Virus record (IMG/VR): IMGVR_UViG_3300005573_000657
Location: 1-43,035 of that record
DNA: 43,035 bases
Origin: a virus
Lineage: Duplodnaviria > Caudoviricetes
Reading direction: 5' to 3' (one strand)
Shown here in pieces: positions 28,786 to 36,096 of the stretch. The position numbers were made by a program, and so were the translations under genes. The notes under the pieces are model-generated. The model ran no database searches. It saw nothing but the letters and a program-made list of their open reading frames with translations, and was not told where the DNA came from. Each line of letters opens with the position of its first letter. Positions within the stretch are counted from its first letter, which is position 1.

Positions 28786-28979
28786 ATCAAACTTGCTAGG
28801 AAAGTGAAAGACATAAGCCAAGCTGATGCGTAGAGAATGAATACACAGACAGTATATACATTCTCAAAGAAAGATCCTCCTATTGCCAACGTTAAAATCC
28901 AAAATCCTCCTGTGACAATTGCCCAGACTACAATAAATCTTGCGCAATAGTCTACTGCCTTTAACGTAAATTTGTGCAT
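28782..28979 (-). CDS. Small two-TM membrane protein
   Basis: AAGGAG SD; TGGTATAAG at 28998-29006. Confidence 0.75.
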   Translation of the reverse strand: MHKFTLKAVDYCARFIVVWAIVTGGFWILTLAIGGSFFENVYTVCVFILYASAWLMSFTFLASLI

Positions 28980-29084
28980 AGCTTTCTCCTTACATTACTT
29001 ATACCATTAAAAAAAGCGCGGTAGACGCGCTGAGGAGGGGAGGAGCATGACTCCAGTCACAAAAGCCAACACGGAGTGTGCAAA

Positions 29085-29462
29085 TCAGGGGTAAGTTTCA
29101 AAGGGTTTGAATGGGGTGAAGCAGCCGAAAGGATTTTGACAGCTAGGCTTCGGGGTTGGTGAGGGAGTAATGACAAATACTGGCGCTGAGGCTTGCTCTC
29201 TAACTTGCGCTTGCTCTCTAACTTGCGCTTGCTCTGGTTTCTTGTGAACTGGTGCGGCTTTGTGGACATGTGGAGGAGCTGGCACCACCTTGGGAGTCAC
29301 AGGAAGGGCTGGGATGGGACAAGAATTAGCTGGAAAGGACCCCTCCTTGATGATAAGAACCACGGGCTTAGGAGTTTCAAATTTTAAAATGAAAAACACT
29401 TCCAAGGCTACAAGCGATGCAATTAACAGGGTATAAAACAACTTTCTCATAGGAATCTCCAT
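29085..29462 (-). CDS. Membrane-anchored Pro-rich protein
   Basis: N-terminal TM; Pro-rich; EQAQVR repeat; terminator at 29009-29031. Confidence 0.7.
   Translation of the reverse strand: MEIPMRKLFYTLLIASLVALEVFFILKFETPKPVVLIIKEGSFPANSCPIPALPVTPKVVPAPPHVHKAAPVHKKPEQAQVREQAQVREQASAPVFVITPSPTPKPSCQNPFGCFTPFKPFETYP
29191..29235. repeat. 18-bp tandem repeat x2.5 (GCTTGCTCTCTAACTTGC)
   Basis: Direct reading; encodes EQAQVR-EQAQVR-EQA. Confidence 0.9.
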
Positions 29463-29564
29463 TAGACTCCTATTTTAAGATTAGTCCTGACTTAAAGGTG
29501 TCCCACCTGTTCAAAAAAAGAGAAAGTCTAGTGATAAACACGTTGACTTCCTCAAGGGGGGTTG

Positions 29565-30197
29565 TTACTGCGGAGCTGCCTCACTCTCGGGGAGTGGAGG
29601 AAGACCCAGACGGCGCCTGATGATTGGGTCGGTGTGCTTAGGGTGACCCTTTGTTGCCTTCTCTTCGGCAACAACACTGGGGCACTGATGGTTAGTGCCC
29701 TTGGAAGCCTCTGCGACTTCCTTGGATTGACACATGATGTTGAATGAGATTTCAGTCATCCCAAGCTTTGCCATGATTGCCGCGTCTAGGCGACGTTCAC
29801 AGCCTTCATCTGTTATTGTTTTTCCAAGGCTAATGCCGAAACCTGGCCCAGCCACACCGCCTGAAGCTGACCCAAGACATGTCTCAGTAATTGAGTTTGT
29901 CAGGTTGGGGGCATAGATCCCCGGTACATTCTTGACGGTTTGCGTCCCCGAGTAGTTAACGTTCGTGTTTGAGTTTACGCCCCCACTGTAGGTCACAGAA
30001 GAAGTGTCATTTGCAGTGCTGGTGTTTGTGCTGCTTGTCACACCGGGAAAATTTAGCGTGTTGTTCACGCTTGACAAAGCTTGAGATCCAGACAGGGACT
30101 GGGAATTGGAGCTTGACCCTGCTTGGGCCGAATCAGCTGCTTGGGCAATCCCCATCGCCCCAAACAGCAAAATGAAAGAGACAAGAAGTTTCTTCAT
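29565..30197 (-). CDS. Secreted Ser/Thr-rich protein with Cys-containing C-terminal domain
   Basis: Signal peptide MKKLLV...AQA; CLGSASGG...FGISLG...DEGCERR...LG...MC; AAGGA SD. Confidence 0.8.
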   Translation of the reverse strand: MKKLLVSFILLFGAMGIAQAADSAQAGSSSNSQSLSGSQALSSVNNTLNFPGVTSSTNTSTANDTSSVTYSGGVNSNTNVNYSGTQTVKNVPGIYAPNLTNSITETCLGSASGGVAGPGFGISLGKTITDEGCERRLDAAIMAKLGMTEISFNIMCQSKEVAEASKGTNHQCPSVVAEEKATKGHPKHTDPIIRRRLGLPPLPESEAAPQ

Positions 30198-30307
30198 GGT
30201 TTTTTCCTTGGTTGGAAGTATGGAATTCGGGGTAGGCGAGAGGGACAACTCCGCCTACCTCAGGACACTCACTCTAAGATCTTAGGGTAAGCCACCTAAA
30301 ACTGTTC

Positions 30308-30673
30308 TCAGAAACCGCCGAAAACCGGAAAGCTGTTGAAGCTGCCGAAAGCGGTGGAAGAACCACCTGCAGTACCAATCGACGCTGCACCGCCGTTGCC
30401 CATGCCGCCCGCCCCGTTCAGGGTGGTGGTAGTGCTTCCAGTCTGGGTTTGCACCACGCCGTTGTTGGCTGTGGAATTACCGAACGACTGGTTGTCATTC
30501 GAACTTCCACTCATGTGAAAACCATTCCCGAACGCAATTGCACCACCACCACCGACACTGCTGGAGCTGCTGCTGGACTGCGCGGATACCATGGGAAAGG
30601 CGGGGAAAGCCATGGCAGGTACGGACATTGCCAAGGCAGCAGCGGCAACCAACATCTTGAATTTGTTTTTCAT
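30308..30673 (-). CDS. Secreted Gly/Ser/Asn-rich low-complexity protein
   Basis: Signal peptide MKNKFK...AMA; CAGGAG SD; TGGTATAAG at 30747-30755. Confidence 0.8.
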   Translation of the reverse strand: MKNKFKMLVAAAALAMSVPAMAFPAFPMVSAQSSSSSSSVGGGGAIAFGNGFHMSGSSNDNQSFGNSTANNGVVQTQTGSTTTTLNGAGGMGNGGAASIGTAGGSSTAFGSFNSFPVFGGF

Positions 30674-30793
30674 GTAAATCTCCTGGTTGAGGAAGTCAGC
30701 GAAATTACTGACAAAATGTGAGAAAACGTGTTGTCTCCTCAACTTTCTTATACCACAATTTATTTCGATATAAGGTTTGCTTGCTTCCAAATC

Positions 30794-30822
30794 TTGACTT
30801 TCTAATAAAATTAAAATACAAT
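30794..30822 (+). promoter_or_regulatory. sigma70-type promoter for tnpB
   Basis: TTGACT-N17-TACAAT, 13 nt before the ATG. Confidence 0.7.
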
Positions 30823-30835
30823 AACTACTAAAGAT

Positions 30836-32026
30836 ATGTTAACAGCTACCAAAATTCGCATTTACCCAAACGCCAAGCAAGAGGAATCTCTTGCTAAAGC
30901 GTTCGGTTGTGCACGTTGGCTGTGGAACAACAGTCTTGCTGAGACGCAAAAGGTGTACAAGGAAACCGGCAAAGGTCTTAGTCATTTTGATTTGAACAAT
31001 CGCCTTCCAGAACTCAAGAAAGAACATGAGTGGCTTGCTGAACCCTATGCTCAGGTACTTCAAGCTGTAAGTTTGAACCTGTCTCGCGCCTTTGTAAACT
31101 TTTTCAAGCGCAGGGCGAAGTATCCAAAATTCAAATCGAAGCACGACAAGCAATCTATCCAATACCCGCAGGGAGTCAAGATTGTTGAAGGGCGGAAGCT
31201 GTATCTTCCCAAAATTGGTCATATCAAGGCCGTGGTTCACCGCGAGATTGTGGGAAAGATCAAAACCGTCACCATGAGCCGGAATCAATCGGGTCAATAT
31301 TTTGCTTCGGTGCTGACTGAAAACGGTGTTGATGCGCCAGCGGCTTCCTTTGACGGCAAGATCATCGGCATAGATGTTGGTCTAACTCATCTTGCCGTAA
31401 CAAGTGACGGCACTAAGTTCGACAACCCTCGTTACTTTGCCAAATCTCTAAAGAACCTGAAAAGGAAGCAACAAAAACTTTCCCGTAAGGTGAAAGGAAG
31501 TAAGACGAAAAATAAAGCCAGAATTCTTGTCGCAAAAGCTCATAATCGTGTAGCGAATGCGCGCAAGGACTGGTTGCACAAACTTTCTCGGCGGTTAGTT
31601 GACGAAAACCAAGTCATAGCAGTCGAGGATTTGAACGTCAAAGGAATGATGAAGAATCATTGCTTGGCAAAGGGCATTGGCGATGCAGGGTGGGGTATGT
31701 TTACCAGATTTCTCGAATACAAAGCCGCGAAAGCGGGTAAAGGATTCGTGAAGGTAAACCGCTTCTTCCCTTCGAGTAAGACTTGTTCGTGTTGTTCGCA
31801 CGTTCAAAACTCGATGCCTTTGAATATTCGCTCTTGGCGATGTGAGCAATGTGGCACCCTGCACGACAGGGACATAAATGCCGCAAAGAACATTGCCCTA
31901 GAAGCACAACGTATGATAGCGGCGGGAATCGTCGTTACTGCTAACCGAGGCACTGTTAGACAAGGCAAAAGGCAAAAGCCCGCTGTTCTTGCTCGTGCCG
32001 TTGAAATTAGAAGCTCTGTCCTTTAG
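30836..32026 (+). CDS. tnpB: RNA-guided endonuclease TnpB
   Basis: N-terminal HTH (FGCARWLWN), RuvC IGIDVG / VEDLNV / DRDINAA, Zn ribbon CSCC...CEQC. Confidence 0.96.
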   Translation: MLTATKIRIYPNAKQEESLAKAFGCARWLWNNSLAETQKVYKETGKGLSHFDLNNRLPELKKEHEWLAEPYAQVLQAVSLNLSRAFVNFFKRRAKYPKFKSKHDKQSIQYPQGVKIVEGRKLYLPKIGHIKAVVHREIVGKIKTVTMSRNQSGQYFASVLTENGVDAPAASFDGKIIGIDVGLTHLAVTSDGTKFDNPRYFAKSLKNLKRKQQKLSRKVKGSKTKNKARILVAKAHNRVANARKDWLHKLSRRLVDENQVIAVEDLNVKGMMKNHCLAKGIGDAGWGMFTRFLEYKAAKAGKGFVKVNRFFPSSKTCSCCSHVQNSMPLNIRSWRCEQCGTLHDRDINAAKNIALEAQRMIAAGIVVTANRGTVRQGKRQKPAVLARAVEIRSSVL

Positions 32027-32066
32027 GGTGGGGCAATTCACACCAAAAAAGTACTAAAATACCCCC

Positions 32067-33449
32067 GTGAAGAAAAAGATAGATAATAACCCGGCTCATG
32101 ATAGAGTTCTAACTAAGCTCAAAGAGAACGGCGCTGTTATTGCAGCGCACATGATGGGTTCTGGGAAAACTGTTCTGGCATGGAGAGCAGCAGATGAAGT
32201 AGCAACTCCGAAGGGTAAGACCTTAATGGTTGTCCCTGCCTCTTTAGTTTCCAATATGGAAAATGCTAAGGAAGAGTTTGGATTCAAGTCTAAGCCAATT
32301 ATTCTATCTTATGAAAAAGCTCAAAAACTAGCTCCCGAACTTGCTAAAGTAAATTGGGATTTAGTAGCATTTGATGAGGCTCACAGACTCCGAAATACAC
32401 AGACTGATCGTGTTGAAAATATGCGTAGCGTTATTGCAAAAGCCAAAAATGTACTTTTGCTTACAGGGACTCCAGACTACAATAACCCTGAAGATATAAA
32501 GAATTTAATTTCGTTCGCTACTAAAGGTAAAGTTAGCCCAGAGATTGCTCTTGAGAAGAGGGAAATAGTTCCTTCAGTCTATGACAGAATTTTCAAGGGA
32601 TCTAAGCCTACAACAGTGGAAGAACTTCATATTAGCCCCGAAGCTAAAAAGGAAGTAGAAGCCTTTGTCCATTTCTATGATCCTGCTACTTCTGATAAGG
32701 CACAGCACTTTCCAGAAGTTTTAGAGTCTAAGGTTATAGTCCCTATGGATGCTGGGCAGGAATCTCTCTACAAATATTTCGAGAGACAGTTGCCAGCATC
32801 AATTCGTCACCAAGTAAAGAATAACCTTCCGCTTCTTAAGCAGGACGCTGCAAAGTTTTCTGTTTTTGCTAACAGCTTTAGACAGCTTTCAAACGGAGTT
32901 CAAGGCTTTTCACCGGACCCTGAAAAGGCTCCGATTTCACCCAAGATTCAAGTTGCTGTTGAGAGACTTACTCAACGAGCAAAAGAAGAACCTAAGTTTC
33001 GTGCAGTAGTCTATTCAAATTACCTGACTTCAGGAATTGAACCCTACAAGAAAGAACTTGCAAAGACTGGAGTTAAGGCTGTAGAAGTAACTGGAGGAAT
33101 GTCTAAAGCAGAAAAAGACGCCGCAGTTAAGGCTTACAACACGAACAAGGCCAAGGTCATGTTAATCTCTTCCTCTGGAGGAGAGGGGCTAGACCTCAAA
33201 GGTACTAGACTTGTTCAAGTCCTAGAACCACACTTCAATGCTTCTAAGATCAAGCAAGTTATTGGTCGTGGAAGTCGCTTCAAATCTCATTCCCACTTGC
33301 CAAAAGAAGACCGGAATGTTATAGTAGAACATTACTTGTCGAGAAAGCCATCAACACGCGATCCTGCGATTGATGAGTATCTTTTCAACATGTCTTTAGA
33401 AAAGCATGAGCATGGCAAGAAAGTTCTAAAATACGCAGATAAGGAATAA
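32067..33449 (+). CDS. SF2 (SNF2-like, DEAH) helicase in the late block
   Basis: MMGSGKT, DEAH, TGTP, EGLDLK, LEPHFN, QVIGRGSR; TAAAAT-N6-GTG. Confidence 0.9.
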   Translation: MKKKIDNNPAHDRVLTKLKENGAVIAAHMMGSGKTVLAWRAADEVATPKGKTLMVVPASLVSNMENAKEEFGFKSKPIILSYEKAQKLAPELAKVNWDLVAFDEAHRLRNTQTDRVENMRSVIAKAKNVLLLTGTPDYNNPEDIKNLISFATKGKVSPEIALEKREIVPSVYDRIFKGSKPTTVEELHISPEAKKEVEAFVHFYDPATSDKAQHFPEVLESKVIVPMDAGQESLYKYFERQLPASIRHQVKNNLPLLKQDAAKFSVFANSFRQLSNGVQGFSPDPEKAPISPKIQVAVERLTQRAKEEPKFRAVVYSNYLTSGIEPYKKELAKTGVKAVEVTGGMSKAEKDAAVKAYNTNKAKVMLISSSGGEGLDLKGTRLVQVLEPHFNASKIKQVIGRGSRFKSHSHLPKEDRNVIVEHYLSRKPSTRDPAIDEYLFNMSLEKHEHGKKVLKYADKE

Positions 33450-33455
33450 TTAAAA

Positions 33456-33797
33456 ATGTACATTAAAAATCTTACACAAAACCATATCAGCTTGTTTCAT
33501 GGAGGCTTGGTTGTTAAACGTGGTGCCACAGAATTGATTGCAAAAGCTGACGCGGATAGTAGGGAAGTTTCTGATGCTGTTCGTCGGGGCTGGATTGCTC
33601 TGGTGAATGATGCTGAAGGTGGTACGGTTGCGGCAACTGAAATTGCACCTCCGACAATGACTGATCCTGCAACTGTCGGAACCTTAGATCCCTCAGAAGT
33701 AGCAGCCGAAGCTGCTGCCTCAGCGACATCTGTTAAACGAACTCGTAAAGCCAAGGCCGACACTGAGCCAGAAGCTTCCAGCGATGCTGCAGCCTAG
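33456..33797 (+). CDS. Small putative virion protein
   Basis: AAGGA SD; YIKNLT...RGWIALV domain plus Ala-rich tail. Confidence 0.7.
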   Translation: MYIKNLTQNHISLFHGGLVVKRGATELIAKADADSREVSDAVRRGWIALVNDAEGGTVAATEIAPPTMTDPATVGTLDPSEVAAEAAASATSVKRTRKAKADTEPEASSDAAA

Positions 33798-34026
33798 TCA
33801 GTACTACTACGGTCTATTAAAGCTGACTCATCTTCCTACAGGTGAGTCAGTTCTACATGAGTGGAAATATAGGGAAAGTTGGCACTCTGCCAGGGAAAAG
33901 GCTATGTGTAGGTTAGTTGGTAAACTCAAAGTTTTACCTGCCTCCACAGAGGAAGTTGCTAGTTATGAGTTTCCAGATGACCAACCTTATCCTGATGACA
34001 TCACATTGTTTAAAATAGCTTCATGA
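33784..34026 (+). CDS. Small protein resembling the post-GGQ part of class I release factor domain 3
   Basis: LTHLPTG...SWHSAREKAM..L..KL...SYEFP vs RF1 ITHLPTG...SQHKNK.KA...TYNFP; no GGQ. Confidence 0.55.
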   Translation: MLQPSQYYYGLLKLTHLPTGESVLHEWKYRESWHSAREKAMCRLVGKLKVLPASTEEVASYEFPDDQPYPDDITLFKIAS

Positions 34027-34466
34027 CCGCTCCCGTTTTAACTCCAGAAGAAGTCAAACTCTATATTCAAGATAGAGCAGAACTCAATTATCTGCTCCCT
34101 GGTGAAGAATTTGGTCTTCCACAAATTAGCTTAGCAATTGGCTTAGCCATTGACATGTTCAATATGGGTATTGCTCCCATTACAACATATACCTCAATGA
34201 CTTTTCCAAGCAAATCCATTCTTCTCTACGGAACTTTAGCTCGTCTCTTTCAAGGACAGGCAGCCCTGTATGCTCGTAATCAAATGGATTATAGCGATGG
34301 AGGTATTACTTTACCAGTTGAAGAAAGAACTCAATACTACACTCAGCTTGCGACAATGTATGACACTACGTTTAATCAGGCCGGTAAAACCTGGAAAACG
34401 GCAATGAACATTGAAGAAGGTTTTGGTGGAGTATTCTCTGACTATGCAGGATTCCCATTATGGTAA
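34023..34466 (+). CDS. Putative head-tail adaptor/neck protein
   Basis: Position; RNQMDYSDGG; TAAAAT-N6-ATG. Confidence 0.55.
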   Translation: MTAPVLTPEEVKLYIQDRAELNYLLPGEEFGLPQISLAIGLAIDMFNMGIAPITTYTSMTFPSKSILLYGTLARLFQGQAALYARNQMDYSDGGITLPVEERTQYYTQLATMYDTTFNQAGKTWKTAMNIEEGFGGVFSDYAGFPLW

Positions 34467-34636
34467 TTGTAAAAATCAAAATTAATGGAATGGAGTTTTC
34501 TGAAGAGGAAGCTCGGCAAATCTACGAACACTTGAAAAAGTACTTCGGGAAGGTGGAATATACTCCGGCCCCTGGGTTTAAATACTTTGACCCTGTTTGG
34601 ATTGATACCACTTTTGGATATAAAGTGACGTGTTAA
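34460..34636 (+). CDS. Small hypothetical protein (58 aa, MVIVKIKINGMEFSEEEARQIYEHLKKYFG...); not in the ORF track
   Basis: Hand translation; overlaps both neighbours and fills the gap. Confidence 0.65.
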   Translation: MVIVKIKINGMEFSEEEARQIYEHLKKYFGKVEYTPAPGFKYFDPVWIDTTFGYKVTC

Positions 34637-35478
34637 ACTTCAATATAGGATTTGGATACTACCCTTGGTTTGTCCCTGGAGAAATTCCAGGTACAGACCT
34701 TCAGGCTTTGCCGGGGCAGTTTGCAATTAGTGTAATTCCTGCTTACTATGTTGGTAATTACATTAGTTGGTCCGTTCCTGTCTATTGGGGCAACTGTGTC
34801 TTTAACATCTACTCAGCGCAGGGTGATTCTCAGATTCCTACGCTTCTCAACAAAGCGCCCCTTACCAGTCCAAGTTATTTTGATACTAGTAGTGTCAACC
34901 CTTCATCATTTAATCAAACATTCTACACGATTGAGGCGATTCTACCGTCAGGAGCAATTGCACGTTCACCGGCTACGACATGGGCACCAGTCCAAAACCC
35001 ATGGGTCTTCCTAAGAGCTAAAGAAATTCAGCGCAGGGAAAACCTATTCTTATCAAAGTTCTTCGGTGTTCAAAGCCAGTTCTTCCGTAAGAAGTTCTTT
35101 GGGCAAAGGTGTACTAGATGCTGGAACACCCAAGCTGAGAAAGTTATGGATGACCGCTGCACAGTTTGCTTCGGGACTGGATTTGAAGGCGGGTACTGGG
35201 AAGCAATTAATGTAAATCTAAACTACAACCCTGTACAAAATAACTCTCAATATACCCCTGTTGGAGTGGCTGAACCAGTCCAAATTCAAGCTTGGACAAC
35301 GAGCGTTCCTACAATTCAGACATTCGATCTCATTTTCCGTATCCCAGATGCTAAAATGTTTAGAGTGAGCTCTGTTCAGCCTACAGAGTTACAAGCAGTT
35401 AGAGTTCGACAAACATTAATTCTAACTGAACTCGATAAGGATTCAATTGAGTACGAACTTGTCAGCGTTCCAGGGTAA
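34630..35478 (+). CDS. Putative neck/head-closure protein with Zn finger
   Basis: CTRCW...CTVCFGTGFEGGY; located between adaptor and tail genes. Confidence 0.6.
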   Translation: MLNFNIGFGYYPWFVPGEIPGTDLQALPGQFAISVIPAYYVGNYISWSVPVYWGNCVFNIYSAQGDSQIPTLLNKAPLTSPSYFDTSSVNPSSFNQTFYTIEAILPSGAIARSPATTWAPVQNPWVFLRAKEIQRRENLFLSKFFGVQSQFFRKKFFGQRCTRCWNTQAEKVMDDRCTVCFGTGFEGGYWEAINVNLNYNPVQNNSQYTPVGVAEPVQIQAWTTSVPTIQTFDLIFRIPDAKMFRVSSVQPTELQAVRVRQTLILTELDKDSIEYELVSVPG

Positions 35479-36067
35479 CCCAGCAACAGCCTTATTCTCG
35501 GCTCCTTTTCTCGCGTCCCTTATTGTTGGCCCTTTAAGATATTTCTTCAACCAGTATGGGGGAGCTATTTCCCTGCAATGGTCAGATAACATCAACAACT
35601 CTGAGATAGAAATTGATACCATCAATAACTATCACAAAATTGCTGTTGGTGCAAAACCACGCATTATGGTGGATAGAGGACAGTTTGGCATTTCAGGCTC
35701 AGGTTTGACCGACAACATGGCTGAACAAACTAATGTCGGAGCGATGTATGGAAAGACAAGTTTGAGAAATCTTGTTCTCTATACAGGCCAAGCTAGTCTT
35801 ATTGTTCAATCCAGACAGGAAGGAACTTGTGAACGTGTTGCAGATTTGGCACATCACTTTCTTTTATGGTCTGCTCCTTACTTATGTAACTCACAAGGCT
35901 TTAAGTCTTTTGCAAAAAATATCGTTGTAAGTTCATGCTCTCCTTCAACAGAAGATGTTGAAATTTTCGAAATTCAAATCGCCGTACCCTGGATTAGAGA
36001 AGAGGCATGGCAAGTTATGAACGATGCAGTTCTGATAAAAGGAATTGATTTGTTTTTAACAAGTTAA
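35447..36067 (+). CDS. Putative tail terminator/completion protein
   Basis: Immediately upstream of the sheath; PRIMVDRG; function inferred from synteny. Confidence 0.5.
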   Translation: MSTNLSAFQGNPATALFSAPFLASLIVGPLRYFFNQYGGAISLQWSDNINNSEIEIDTINNYHKIAVGAKPRIMVDRGQFGISGSGLTDNMAEQTNVGAMYGKTSLRNLVLYTGQASLIVQSRQEGTCERVADLAHHFLLWSAPYLCNSQGFKSFAKNIVVSSCSPSTEDVEIFEIQIAVPWIREEAWQVMNDAVLIKGIDLFLTS

Positions 36068-36096
36068 AATAGGGGTACCTTACCAAATAACCCGAC

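Larger units (their letters stand above)
30752..32041 (+). mobile_element. IS200/IS605-family tnpB-only (IS1341-like) element; left boundary uncertain
   Basis: tnpB; right-end hairpin GCTCTGTCC-TTTA-GGGTGGGGC then TTCAC; no tnpA. Confidence 0.75.

Noticed and set aside
30836-32026. Cas12f or nuclease-dead TldR
   Set aside because: No CRISPR array; IS-type right end present; RuvC D/E/D intact.
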